Positions 15,646 to 25,473 of a DNA stretch of 32,000 bases are shown here, piece after piece. The position numbers were made by a program, and so were the translations under genes. The stretch comes from Rubeoparvulum massiliense. GTDB taxonomy: Bacteria > Bacillota > Bacilli > Rubeoparvulales > Rubeoparvulaceae. Every line of letters begins with the position of its first letter. The first letter of the stretch is position 1. The notes under the pieces were generated by a model that worked only from the letters and a program-made list of their open reading frames with translations, searched no databases and was not told where the DNA came from. The stretch covers positions 176,441 to 208,440 of the forward strand of contig NZ_CVPE01000006.1 in NCBI RefSeq assembly GCF_001049895.1. Direction: 5' to 3'.

Positions 15646-17580
15646 ATGATCTTCTTGCGTATGAAACCAATTCAACGATGGAGCATAATTATTTCTTCAA
15701 TTATACTTCTGATCACAGCACTGCTATTCTACTACTTCAATGCTACCAAGCCCACCGGAAGCGAAGAAGAGGAAGAACTTCAACCACTCAATCTGGAGAA
15801 GCTACCATCTCTGCAGATCGATTTGCATGCCCATTATCAATTGGAGGCCACCCTTCTCCCACAGGAACGTCTGATTGTGGGGACCGCTATCATCACCTTC
15901 GATCTCCCGCCTACATCGGAGGTACATTTCTACTCCTATGCCTACGAGTGGCAACCGATGCAGATTCAGAAGGTGACGCAACAGGGGAAGGAGAAGGAAA
16001 AATCCATTCCCTTCACCTATGACAAGCGTACCATTCAGATTCAAACCAAGGATCTTCAACAAGAGGATGGTCGGAGCAGCTTAACCATCGCCTTTAAGAC
16101 CCCAATCCCAGCGGGGGGTACACGGATGGGGGTGAAGGATTCCATCTGGCTCCTGACCAATTGGCATCCTCAGCTCGGTGTTCTTGATCAGCAGTATCTT
16201 TGGAAGGAACGCCCCCGTCCTCGTGGCTTCGGTGATCCCTTCTACTATTCCCGTGGAGATTATGAGGTGCTCTTTCATGCTCCAGCAGGGTATCACTGGG
16301 TGGTAAGTGGCATGGAAGAGGAGGAGAAACAACAGCAAGATCAGCAGGTGACCTGGTCCTGGAAGGGAAAGGAATTACATAATTTTGCTCTTGTAGGGAG
16401 TCCACATTTTATCATGGAGGATGTGAGGATGGAGGATGGGACGGTGATTCGTTTCGCTGCTTCCGATCCCACGCACTTAGCACAACTAAAGGCCATCGGC
16501 ATCGCTGCGTATCAAGTTTACACAACAGAGTTTGGCCAACTTTCCACCAAGCATTTCGGTGTCATCGAAACAGGCTCAGGAACCAATTATGCTATTGAGC
16601 ATCCCAATCTGGCCATCGTATCACGGGATATGTATGCATATGATCTGATTCAACACTGGTTGCCCCATGAGATTGCCCATTGGTGGTGGTACAATAATCT
16701 TTCCACATGGGAGATCGAGCATGGCTGGGTCGATGAGGGCTTGGCAGAGTTCAGTGTCTATCTCTATACGAAGCAGATGTTCGGTGAAGAGCAGGGTCAT
16801 CAATTACTGAAAGAGTATCAAGATGGTCATCAGCGCCTAATGCAGCTCTTTCCCAATGGTCACCTCGATCAAGGACTCCACAGCTTTTCCAGTCATGAAC
16901 AGTTTGACTACACCTGGTATGATGGTGGCGCCATGCTCTTTTTCAATCTACGGGAACGTATCGGGGAAGAAGAGTTTCTTCATTTTCTTCAACGTTTAAC
17001 CAAGGAGTATGCAGGGATGTATGTGGATGCTCGTCATCTCGATGAAGCCTTAAGTGAGGTTCTCCATGGGAAGGTGAACTATTTTCAGAAAAACGTAGCT
17101 CAGGCCAATCATCATCACTTTGTGGACCCTGATTGGGAGACGGAACCAGGGATTCTCTTTGCACCAGGTAGTGAGATTTTACATCAGCCAAAGGCGTTTA
17201 CAGACCATGCTTATGCCAAAAATGGGCAGCTCTATCTCCCCCTCCGTCCATTGCTAGAGTTAACAGGGGCTGAAGTAAATTGGCATGGAGAAGATGGCTA
17301 TGTGGAATTACGAGATGTTCTGATTGATGAAGGAGAACTATCAGACACATCCGATACGAAACGTAATTCAACGCGTCTCATTACTGTCACCATTCCTTTG
17401 GATGGGAATGTGGTGACACTGAAGGAGAATGAGGTGGAAAGTACCTTCACCATTCCCATGAAGGCATGTAATCGGAATGGTACACTCTATCTTCCTGTTC
17501 AATTCTATGAGACCATTTATAACTGGGAGATCGATTGGCTTAAGGGCGAGAATCAGCTTATCATCGGCGGTGATATCTAG
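15646..17580 (+). CDS. M1-family metallopeptidase with C-terminal copper-amine-oxidase-N-like domains
   Basis: Zinc site 'HEIAHWWWYNNLSTWEIEHGWVDEGLAEF', N-terminal signal anchor, C-terminal 'NGQLYLPLRPLLELTGAEVNW' repeats. Start may be ATG 15661. Confidence 0.85.
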   Translation: MIFLRMKPIQRWSIIISSIILLITALLFYYFNATKPTGSEEEEELQPLNLEKLPSLQIDLHAHYQLEATLLPQERLIVGTAIITFDLPPTSEVHFYSYAYEWQPMQIQKVTQQGKEKEKSIPFTYDKRTIQIQTKDLQQEDGRSSLTIAFKTPIPAGGTRMGVKDSIWLLTNWHPQLGVLDQQYLWKERPRPRGFGDPFYYSRGDYEVLFHAPAGYHWVVSGMEEEEKQQQDQQVTWSWKGKELHNFALVGSPHFIMEDVRMEDGTVIRFAASDPTHLAQLKAIGIAAYQVYTTEFGQLSTKHFGVIETGSGTNYAIEHPNLAIVSRDMYAYDLIQHWLPHEIAHWWWYNNLSTWEIEHGWVDEGLAEFSVYLYTKQMFGEEQGHQLLKEYQDGHQRLMQLFPNGHLDQGLHSFSSHEQFDYTWYDGGAMLFFNLRERIGEEEFLHFLQRLTKEYAGMYVDARHLDEALSEVLHGKVNYFQKNVAQANHHHFVDPDWETEPGILFAPGSEILHQPKAFTDHAYAKNGQLYLPLRPLLELTGAEVNWHGEDGYVELRDVLIDEGELSDTSDTKRNSTRLITVTIPLDGNVVTLKENEVESTFTIPMKACNRNGTLYLPVQFYETIYNWEIDWLKGENQLIIGGDI

Positions 17581-17693
17581 ATTCCCGCCTTTTCTGGTGT
17601 GACATAAAGGTGACCTTCAATCATTGCTTTACTAGGTATAATCCCTTATTCTATAAAGAGAAGGAAAATTGAAGTAGAAGAGAGGGAATGATT

Positions 17694-18239
17694 GTGGGAC
17701 AAACAGAGAATAAAGCAGCAGTAACGCGGAATTATACTCCAACGATTGTCATCTTAACCATTGTAATTAATCTGGTCGTAGCCATTCTCTTTTTTATGCC
17801 GAAGTATGAAGGGGCCACCCAGTTTGATATTACGGTTCTACCGATGATGAATGCGATTTTTAATAGCTTTACCTTTGTCTTTCTTGTAGCAGCCTTATGG
17901 ATGATTAAGCGTAGCAATATTAAAGCGCATCGTGGCTTTATATTCGCAGCCTTTACAACCACAGCACTTTTCTTAATCACCTATGTAACGTATCACTTTT
18001 TAGCAGAATCCACACCCTATGGCGGTGATGGTGCTCTACGTTATATCTATCTCTTTATTCTTTTAACTCATGTGGTGCTGGCTGCAGCCATCGTTCCCCT
18101 TGCTTTAACAACTCTAGCGCGGGGATTGAATATGCAGACGGAACGGCATCGCAAAATTGCACGCTGGACCATGCCACTCTGGCTCTATGTGAGCATCACT
18201 GGTGTGGTGGTCTATCTGATGATCTCGCCTTATTATTAA
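17694..18239 (+). CDS. DUF420 family (YozB/CtaM-like) membrane protein
   Basis: 'LPMMNAIFNSFTFVFLVAALWMIKRSNIKAHRGFIFAAFTTTALFLITYVTYHF...HVVLAAAIVPLAL...HRKIARWTMPLWLYVSITGVVVYLM'. GTG start at 17694 with AGAGGG RBS. Confidence 0.9.
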   Translation: MGQTENKAAVTRNYTPTIVILTIVINLVVAILFFMPKYEGATQFDITVLPMMNAIFNSFTFVFLVAALWMIKRSNIKAHRGFIFAAFTTTALFLITYVTYHFLAESTPYGGDGALRYIYLFILLTHVVLAAAIVPLALTTLARGLNMQTERHRKIARWTMPLWLYVSITGVVVYLMISPYY

Positions 18240-18266
18240 GCAGGAGATATTCATTAGCGTAAAAGG

Positions 18267-18302
18267 AAGACCCAGGTGGAGGAGCATCTCCATCTGGGTC
18301 TT
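18267..18302. terminator. intrinsic terminator between convergent genes
   Basis: AAGACCCAGGTGGAG-gagcat-CTCCATCTGGGTCTT stem-loop. Confidence 0.8.
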
Positions 18303-18345
18303 TATGCGTGGTGTCCTTATATAGCAATGAATCGAGCGTACAAAG

Positions 18346-18681
18346 TTATAAGGTAAGCACTTCGTATTGGTTGGCCAATTCAATAAAGTGTTTCATACTA
18401 GAGAGCTCACCGACGGTCATTTGATCCTGCAGTCCATAATAGTCGATACAGGTTTTGCATGCCAGAATGGAAACACCACTCTTTTCAAGCGCCTTTAACT
18501 GTAAGGAGATCACTGATTTGGCGGTGAGTGTAAAGACACCGCGATTCAAGCAGAAGATAGCCACCGGCTTCTCCTCTTCCTGTTTTAAAATAGTAAAGAA
18601 ATTCTCCAGTAAAGCTTCACCTAGCTCTTCATCGCCAGTGCCTAAGCGGTCTGATTGAAGAAGAATTACACGATTTTTCAT
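18346..18681 (-). CDS. DsrE-like domain protein resembling the C-terminal half of selenium metabolism protein YedF
   Basis: 'VILLQSDRLGTGDEELGEALLENFFTILKQEEEKPVAIFCLNRGVFTLTAKSVISLQLKALEKSGVSILACKTCIDYYGLQDQMTVGELSSM' matches the SDxxGxGDxELGxxLxxxF and ILxCxTCxDYYGL signatures of YedF. N-terminal TusA-like domain absent. Confidence 0.75.
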   Translation of the reverse strand: MKNRVILLQSDRLGTGDEELGEALLENFFTILKQEEEKPVAIFCLNRGVFTLTAKSVISLQLKALEKSGVSILACKTCIDYYGLQDQMTVGELSSMKHFIELANQYEVLTL

Positions 18682-18751
18682 AAGGCTGTGTCCTTTCTAA
18701 GTTAGATAGACTACATTTACTATTGTAGCAAAAGTAGGGTGTACATGCGTG

Positions 18752-19672
18752 TTAACCTTTGAGCGGTTGTTTATTCTCATCTAAGGTGAAGCCTTCACCA
18801 AAGACCTCTCTTGCATCGGAGACCACGATAAATGCATAGGGATCTACTTCATGGACGAGATTGCGGAGCAGGATTAATTCACCCCGTGGAACAACACAAT
18901 ATAAGACTTCCTTTTCACTGCCGGTATAGCCACCTCGTCCTTTTAAGAGCGTGGTTCCTCTACCCATCCGCTGGGTGATGGTACTGGAGATGGCGGGGGC
19001 TTGCTCAGAGATAATCATGGTAGCCTTGGCAAGGGAGGCTCCCTCTAGTACAAAGTCAATGACGCGTGTCCCTGTATAGATAGCCACCATGGTGTACATG
19101 GCATAGGTTAGATCGAGATAGATGGTGGAAAGGGCGATGACAAAAATATCAAACATGAGGAGTACCTTACCCATGCTGATCCCCTTATGCTTATTCACAA
19201 TTCGGGCCACAATATCTGATCCCCCTGTTGTTCCACCAAAGCGGAAGACAATGCCGAGACCGATGCCGACGAAGACCCCTGCATAAAGGGCTGCTAAGAT
19301 TAGATGATCAGGCATAGGATAGGCAATTCCTTCGAAGATCCAGAGAAAAAGGGAGACAAAAAGCGTTCCAATAATCGTATAGATCATGGTGGATTTGCCA
19401 AGCTGCCGATAACCGATAATAAATAAGGGGATATTGAGTGCAAGGTTGGTAATTGCCGGGTTAATATTAAAGATATATTTTAATAGCAAGGCGATTCCGG
19501 TGAAGCCACCTTCAGAAAGATTATTGGCAATATTAAAGGTATTGATGCCGAAGGAAAAGATGGCAGTACCCAGCATGATTCCTAAGATATTTTGCCAGCG
19601 TAATCGGAATTTTTTGGGTGGGATCGATTGATGGAGCAGGGTTGTATCGGTGCTTTGTGACATGATTGGCAC
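18752..19672 (-). CDS. YitT family membrane protein (DUF161/DUF2179)
   Basis: 'NIANNLSEGGFTGIALLLKYIFNINPAITNLALNIPLFIIGYR', 'GGTTGGSDIVARIVNKH', and C-terminal 'PHAFIVVSDAREVFGEGF'-type DUF2179. Confidence 0.9.
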   Translation of the reverse strand: MPIMSQSTDTTLLHQSIPPKKFRLRWQNILGIMLGTAIFSFGINTFNIANNLSEGGFTGIALLLKYIFNINPAITNLALNIPLFIIGYRQLGKSTMIYTIIGTLFVSLFLWIFEGIAYPMPDHLILAALYAGVFVGIGLGIVFRFGGTTGGSDIVARIVNKHKGISMGKVLLMFDIFVIALSTIYLDLTYAMYTMVAIYTGTRVIDFVLEGASLAKATMIISEQAPAISSTITQRMGRGTTLLKGRGGYTGSEKEVLYCVVPRGELILLRNLVHEVDPYAFIVVSDAREVFGEGFTLDENKQPLKG

Positions 19673-19810
19673 ATCCTCTCTAGCTTCAGCTTCTCTGTAG
19701 TTAAGTATACTTTAGTTTTGATTTTGATGACAATATGTTGGAGGGATGTTGGCAAATCGTCTGGTATGAATTAACATGAAGATATGTAAGAGGGATAGGA
19801 GGAACAGCAG

Positions 19811-20176
19811 ATGCAGTTGGAGATTGAACATCCAGAGCAGGAGAAGATGCTACGCGCTTGGCAGGAAGAGGTGGATCAATATATCTCGCAATTTAAAGAG
19901 GGGTACTTTTCTCCACTTGCCATGCTGGCCCGACTTTCAGAGGAATTAGGGGAGTTAGCCCGTGAAGTGAACCATACCTATGGTGAAAAGCCGAAGAAGC
20001 CCACTGAGCAGGCTGGCAGTATTGAAGAGGAGCTTGCTGATTTACTCTTCGTGCTCATCTGTTTTGCCAATTCACAAAATATTAGCCTTGATGCTGAATT
20101 GAACAAAGTCATGGAAAAGTTTCGGACACGCGATAAGGATCGTTGGACCAAAAAGGAGGAGTGCTCCCATGAATAA
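19811..20176 (+). CDS. ypjD: MazG-like nucleotide pyrophosphohydrolase
   Basis: 'LAMLARLSEELGELAREVNH...GSIEEELADLLFVLICFANSQNI'. First gene of the dapB-mgsA-bshB1-bshA-cca block. Confidence 0.9.
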   Translation: MQLEIEHPEQEKMLRAWQEEVDQYISQFKEGYFSPLAMLARLSEELGELAREVNHTYGEKPKKPTEQAGSIEEELADLLFVLICFANSQNISLDAELNKVMEKFRTRDKDRWTKKEECSHE

Positions 20177-20981
20177 ACCAATTCGAATCGTTGTAGCAGG
20201 TGCCAAAGGACGGATGGGACAAGAATGGATACATTATATGGAGGGAGAACCCACATTCCAGCTGGTAGCTGCGGTGGATCGTACATTAGAGGGCGTTGAT
20301 GTAGGCAATGCCTTGGGAGGCTCATCCCAAGCGCCCTTCTATACCTCCCTTGCAGAAGCTATCGAAAAGGAAAGACCCGATTGCTTAGTGGATTTCACAA
20401 CCCCAGAGGCAGGCTATCGTAATGCGCTTACGGCCATGGAGCATGGAATTCGTGCGGTCATTGGTACCACAGGCTTTAGTGAAGAGCAGCTCAAGCACTT
20501 GGAGGAGGAGCATGCCAAGCATCCTGCGGGAATGTTGATCGCTCCGAACTTTGCCATCGGTGCTGTATTGATGATGCAATTTTCAAAAATGGCTGCCCGT
20601 TTTCTACCAGATGTAGAGATAATCGAGATGCATCATAACCAAAAGCTAGATGCACCATCAGGTACAGCAAGAAAGACAGCAGCCATGATTCAAGAGGTGC
20701 GGCAGGCTCACCAGCAAGGTCATCCTAATGAATTGGAGCATATGGCCGGAGTTCGCGGTGGTGATATGGAAGGGATCCGTATCCATAGTGTCCGTCTGCC
20801 TGGTCTTGTAGCTCATCAAGAGGTAATCTTTGGCGGTGAGGGAGAGACCTTACATATTCGCCATGATTCCAATTCTCGCCGCTGCTTTATGCCAGGGGTT
20901 GCCTTGGGTATACGCTATGTAATGGAGCATCCCCAATATATCTATGGGTTGGAGCATATTCTGGGAGGGGAAATGGCATGA
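20169..20981 (+). CDS. dapB: 4-hydroxy-tetrahydrodipicolinate reductase
   Basis: '[16 protein letters not shown]', '[17 protein letters not shown]', '[30 protein letters not shown]'. Confidence 0.97.
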   Translation: MNKPIRIVVAGAKGRMGQEWIHYMEGEPTFQLVAAVDRTLEGVDVGNALGGSSQAPFYTSLAEAIEKERPDCLVDFTTPEAGYRNALTAMEHGIRAVIGTTGFSEEQLKHLEEEHAKHPAGMLIAPNFAIGAVLMMQFSKMAARFLPDVEIIEMHHNQKLDAPSGTARKTAAMIQEVRQAHQQGHPNELEHMAGVRGGDMEGIRIHSVRLPGLVAHQEVIFGGEGETLHIRHDSNSRRCFMPGVALGIRYVMEHPQYIYGLEHILGGEMA

Positions 20982-21403
20982 ATATCGCCTTGATTGCCCA
21001 TGACCGCAAAAAAGATGAGATGGTCAACTTTGCCATTGCCTATGAGCCTCTGCTTCAAAAACAGACGCTCTATGCTACAGGAACCACAGGACTACGGATT
21101 ATGGAGCAGACCAAGCTCAAGGTGAATCGGAAAATGTCAGGCCCATTAGGAGGCGATCAGCAGATTGGCTCTATGGTGGCTCAGAATGAGCTGGATCTGG
21201 TGATTTTTTTCCGCGATCCATTAACAGCGCAGCCCCATGAACCGGATATTCTAGCCTTACTACGGCTATGTGATGTGTATGGCATCCCCCTTGCCACCAA
21301 TGTGGCCTCTGCAGAGATTATGATCCGTGCCTTGGATCGCGGTGAGCTCAATTGGCGTGAAGTGGTTCATAAGTATCGTAATGAGATGCTTGCTAAGGAG
21401 TAA
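20978..21403 (+). CDS. mgsA: methylglyoxal synthase
   Basis: '[20 protein letters not shown]', '[11 protein letters not shown]', '[28 protein letters not shown]'. Confidence 0.97.
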   Translation: MNIALIAHDRKKDEMVNFAIAYEPLLQKQTLYATGTTGLRIMEQTKLKVNRKMSGPLGGDQQIGSMVAQNELDLVIFFRDPLTAQPHEPDILALLRLCDVYGIPLATNVASAEIMIRALDRGELNWREVVHKYRNEMLAKE

Positions 21404-21470
21404 GCCATTCGACATGGCTCTCCAGAATGGAGCAGGAAGCAGGTAGAGATGATTGGAAGATAGAAAGGAA

Positions 21471-22175
21471 ATGGCTATGGAAGCATGGGAAAGCGTTGAT
21501 ATTGTAGCATTTGGTGCCCATCCTGATGATGTGGAAATTGGTTGTGCAGGCATCTTGCATCGCCATGTGCAGATGGGGAAGCGGGTCCTCATCTGCGATC
21601 TAACCAAGGCGGAGCTCTCGTCTAATGGGAACGTGGAGCTGCGCCAACAGGAGGCAGCGCATGCCGCTGAAATCATAGGGGCGAAGCGGATCAATCTCGG
21701 GATGGCTGATCGGGGGATCGTGGAGGATACAGACTCGATCCGTAAGGTGGTTGCTGTGCTACGGCGCTATCAGCCAAAGCTAGTACTGGCACCGTATTGG
21801 GAGGATCGTCACCCTGACCATATGGCTTGCTATCATTTGGTCTACCAGGCCATCTTCTCTGCAACCATTCGTAAATTTGTAGTGGATGATCTGCCACCCC
21901 ATCGAGTTAAACAATACTTTGCTTACTTTATCAATCAGATTACGACACCAAGCTGCCTCATGGATATCTCCCAACAATGGGAGACGAAGCGGGCAGCCTT
22001 ATTAGCTTATGGCTCACAGTTCTCTGCACAGCCCGGTACGGTAAGTACGCCGTTAAATGCTGGATACCTCGCTTCCCTCGAAGGACGGGAGCGCTATTTT
22101 GGCTCACAGCTGGGCGTTCAGTATGCCGAGGGCCTCGTTAGTAAAAATCCCCTCCAGCTCACCCAGCTGGTGTAA
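21471..22175 (+). CDS. bshB1: bacillithiol biosynthesis deacetylase BshB1
   Basis: 'DIVAFGAHPDDVEIGCAGILHRH...YWEDRHPDHMACYHLV' LmbE/PIG-L family, adjacent to bshA. Confidence 0.93.
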   Translation: MAMEAWESVDIVAFGAHPDDVEIGCAGILHRHVQMGKRVLICDLTKAELSSNGNVELRQQEAAHAAEIIGAKRINLGMADRGIVEDTDSIRKVVAVLRRYQPKLVLAPYWEDRHPDHMACYHLVYQAIFSATIRKFVVDDLPPHRVKQYFAYFINQITTPSCLMDISQQWETKRAALLAYGSQFSAQPGTVSTPLNAGYLASLEGRERYFGSQLGVQYAEGLVSKNPLQLTQLV

Positions 22176-22183
22176 GGAGGCCC

Positions 22184-23326
22184 ATGATGAAGATTGGAAT
22201 CACGTGCTATCCTTCACTAGGTGGATCAGGGATTGTGGCTACGGAGTTAGGAAAATTTTTGGCGGAGCGGGGACATACGGTTCACTTCATTACATCAGGT
22301 GTACCATTTCGCCTCGGTACTTATATGCGGAATATCTATTATCATGAGGTGGAAGTGAATAGCTACTCCGTCTTTCGTTATCCTCCCTATGATCTAACGC
22401 TGGCCAGTCGGATGGCACAGGTGGCTCGTATGGCGGAGCTGGATCTTCTCCACGTTCATTATGCCGTTCCTCACGCTGTAAGTGCATATCTTGCGAAGTT
22501 GATGGTGGGAGACCACTTGAAGGTGGTTACCACCTTGCATGGGACAGATATTACTGTACTAGGGTATGACCCGACGCTTATTGATATAATCCGCTTTGGT
22601 ATTCAGCGGAGTGATTATGTGACTGCCGTCTCTGAAAGCTTGATTCAGGAGACGAAGCAATTGATCTGTCATGATCAAGAGATCGCTTGTATCTATAATT
22701 TTATCGATCCAGCGCAATATTATCGCCATGATGTAACTGCTCTTCGTCGTGAATATGTAAATTCGGAACAGAAACTGCTGGTTCACCTCTCTAATTTTCG
22801 CAAGGTGAAGCGTGCGCCTGACTGTGTTCGCATCTTGCAACAGGTTCGACAGCAGGTGGATGCGAAGCTACTCTTCATCGGAGAGGGGCCTGAATTGCCA
22901 GCGGTACAGCAATTAACCTTTGAACTGGGTCTACAGGATTATGTAATGTTTTTAGGGAAGCAGGAGGATATAACGCCCATGCTCTCTATGGCTGATCTCA
23001 TGCTGCTTCCTTCGGAGAAGGAGAGCTTCGGCCTTTCTGCCCTAGAAGCCATGGCATGTGGTGTGCCGGTTATCGCTTCCCGAGCAGGAGGTATCCCCGA
23101 GGTGGTGATCCATGGGGAAACAGGCTTCCTTGCACCCATTGGCGCTGTAGATCAGATGGCAGCTGATGCCTTGAAGCTTCTAAAGCATCCGATGCTATGG
23201 GCAGAGATGTCCCAGCATGCAGTCAATTGGGCGAAAACCCATTTTGCTGCGGAACGGATCGTAACACAATATGAGGAGATCTATCGTAAGGTCCTAGAGG
23301 GTGAAGGCCGGAGGGAAGGAGCCTAG
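22184..23326 (+). CDS. bshA: N-acetyl-alpha-D-glucosaminyl L-malate synthase BshA
   Basis: '[37 protein letters not shown]...[37 protein letters not shown]', GT4 '[24 protein letters not shown]'. Confidence 0.95.
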   Translation: MMKIGITCYPSLGGSGIVATELGKFLAERGHTVHFITSGVPFRLGTYMRNIYYHEVEVNSYSVFRYPPYDLTLASRMAQVARMAELDLLHVHYAVPHAVSAYLAKLMVGDHLKVVTTLHGTDITVLGYDPTLIDIIRFGIQRSDYVTAVSESLIQETKQLICHDQEIACIYNFIDPAQYYRHDVTALRREYVNSEQKLLVHLSNFRKVKRAPDCVRILQQVRQQVDAKLLFIGEGPELPAVQQLTFELGLQDYVMFLGKQEDITPMLSMADLMLLPSEKESFGLSALEAMACGVPVIASRAGGIPEVVIHGETGFLAPIGAVDQMAADALKLLKHPMLWAEMSQHAVNWAKTHFAAERIVTQYEEIYRKVLEGEGRREGA

Positions 23327-23332
23327 ACTAGT

Positions 23333-25444
23333 ATGAAAGATGATGAATTTTTAATAAATGGCCAGGCCTTGCCTCCACTACTTGAAGTAGGCCGAGAACT
23401 TCTTCATGTACTGAACGAAGCAGGCTATGAGGCTTATTTTGTTGGCGGTGCAGTACGAGATTATTTGCTCCATCGGCCCATTCACGATGTGGATATTACA
23501 ACCAATGCCTTGCCCGATGAGGTGGTTCAGCTCTTTCCAGCCGTAATCCCAACAGGAATGGCTCATGGTACGGTGACGGTACGCTGGAAGGGCTTCTCCT
23601 TTGAAGTCACCACCTTCCGCACCGAGGGAGAGTACCTCGATCACCGACATCCTGCAGCGGTTCAATTCGTTCATTCCCTCACGGAGGATCTAGCCCGCCG
23701 TGACTTAACCATCAATGCCATGGCCATGGATGGGGAGGGGAAGCTATACGATCCCTATGGAGGGAGGGAGGATCTTCAGAATCGGCTGTTGCGAGCGGTA
23801 GGTGATCCTCAACAACGTTTTGCTGAGGATGCCCTGCGGATGATCCGTGTTTTCCGTTTTCAGTCACAGTACCAATTTCAGATTGAAGAGACCACGTTGC
23901 AGGGCATCAAGGCGGAAAGAGGTGGTCTTCCTCTAATTGCTGCAGAGCGGATCGCCGATGAGTTTTGCAAGCTTCTTCGTGGACCAGGGTTTCTCCATGC
24001 CCTTCAACTGCTCGCGCAATTTCTTGTGCTTCAGCATCCTCGCTTACCTATACTGGAAAAACTGGTGAAGCATCCACCTGCTCTGTTCTTGCAGAGACGG
24101 ATAGATTCCCTCCACTTCCTGGCTGAAGAGCCAATGGACCCACTGATTCTCCGGCTCTTATTACTTGGGCACATGGCCACGCTCAGTGAAGCAGAGTTTA
24201 GTAAATTGGGCTATGAGCTATTTTTGCCCCGCGAGACGCGAAGGCTTCTCACAAGCTCCTATGGCTTACTCAGTGAATGGATTGAAGAGAAGTATGCAGA
24301 GAATCACTGGAAGGCAGAATGGCTGGATCTGCCACAGGAATGCATCGCCTATACGTGGGCGGCCTATTGGATCTGTGGGAAGCTCAGCAAGGGAGAGCAA
24401 GAGATAGCTGAGCTTGGGGGTGCAAATCTTCATGAGCTCTATCAATCAGAACGTAGCCAGTGGCAACGTTTCTATGAGGAACTCCCCATCCGTCACTCCC
24501 AGGAATTGCAGCTCGATGGAAACCTGCTGCTGCAGTTGATTCCTGTAGCAGCAGGACCATGGATTGCGCGACGGCTAGAGCAACTGGTCTTGGCTGTTCA
24601 TATGGGGCATCTTAAGAATGATCGTGAGGAGCTATGCCACTTTCTGCAGCAGGGCTATGCCGAAGAACTGCAAATCCGTGAGCATCTTCATACTGAATGG
24701 CTAGGTCACCAACTCTATGTCCTACCTGTAGTGGATAGCACGCAACGGGAAGCACAACGACTGTGGAAAAAGGGTGGTGCTAATGGAACGGTGGTGGTAG
24801 CACAGCATCAAACTGCTGGTCGTGGTACGAGAGGACGAATCTGGCATTCGCCTCCACAATCAGGAGCTTGGTTTAGTATGCTCTTGCAGCTCCCCATCGA
24901 TCTTAAGAGGGCACCTATCATCACCCTCCTTACAGCGGTGGCACTTTATGAAACATTGCTCAACTGGTGTCAACCAGAACAGCTTCAGATTAAATGGCCC
25001 AATGATCTCCTTCTAGCAGGGAAGAAATGTGCAGGTATCTTAACAGAGCTACATCATCATGATGAGCATGGTGCTCAATTGGTCATCGGTGTTGGGGTCA
25101 ACCTGAACCAGGAGCACAATGACTTTCCAATGGAATTACAGGAGCACGCAACCTCCTTAGCTATGGGAACTGGCGAAAAGGTCCAACCTTCATTGCTGAT
25201 TGCCTTATTCTTAGCTAAAATGGAGGAATGGCTGGCCCTATATCAACAAGAAGGAAATTCGGCTGTGCTTCATGCATGGACAAGCTATGCTGGAATGATC
25301 GGTCAACGGGTCATGACACAGCTAGAAGGCAAGGATACCAATGTGATTATCCATGGCTTGGATGAGCAGGGTAGACTCCTTCTCCTTGATAAGCAGGGTA
25401 CTATTCACACTTTAGTTTCAGGGGAGATCAGACTCAATCCTTGA
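23333..25444 (+). CDS. fused CCA tRNA nucleotidyltransferase / biotin-[acetyl-CoA-carboxylase] ligase (BirA catalytic domain)
   Basis: N-terminal 'AYFVGGAVRDYLLHRPIHDVDITTNALP...RRDLTINAMAMD' (CCA-adding) continues in frame to 'VVDSTQREAQRL...VVVAQHQTAGRGTRGRIWHSPP...IKWPNDLLLAGKKCAGILTE' (BirA). Single 703-codon ORF. Confidence 0.93.
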   Translation: MKDDEFLINGQALPPLLEVGRELLHVLNEAGYEAYFVGGAVRDYLLHRPIHDVDITTNALPDEVVQLFPAVIPTGMAHGTVTVRWKGFSFEVTTFRTEGEYLDHRHPAAVQFVHSLTEDLARRDLTINAMAMDGEGKLYDPYGGREDLQNRLLRAVGDPQQRFAEDALRMIRVFRFQSQYQFQIEETTLQGIKAERGGLPLIAAERIADEFCKLLRGPGFLHALQLLAQFLVLQHPRLPILEKLVKHPPALFLQRRIDSLHFLAEEPMDPLILRLLLLGHMATLSEAEFSKLGYELFLPRETRRLLTSSYGLLSEWIEEKYAENHWKAEWLDLPQECIAYTWAAYWICGKLSKGEQEIAELGGANLHELYQSERSQWQRFYEELPIRHSQELQLDGNLLLQLIPVAAGPWIARRLEQLVLAVHMGHLKNDREELCHFLQQGYAEELQIREHLHTEWLGHQLYVLPVVDSTQREAQRLWKKGGANGTVVVAQHQTAGRGTRGRIWHSPPQSGAWFSMLLQLPIDLKRAPIITLLTAVALYETLLNWCQPEQLQIKWPNDLLLAGKKCAGILTELHHHDEHGAQLVIGVGVNLNQEHNDFPMELQEHATSLAMGTGEKVQPSLLIALFLAKMEEWLALYQQEGNSAVLHAWTSYAGMIGQRVMTQLEGKDTNVIIHGLDEQGRLLLLDKQGTIHTLVSGEIRLNP

Positions 25445-25473
25445 GATCCCACCACTTAGAGGAGTGAATCCCA

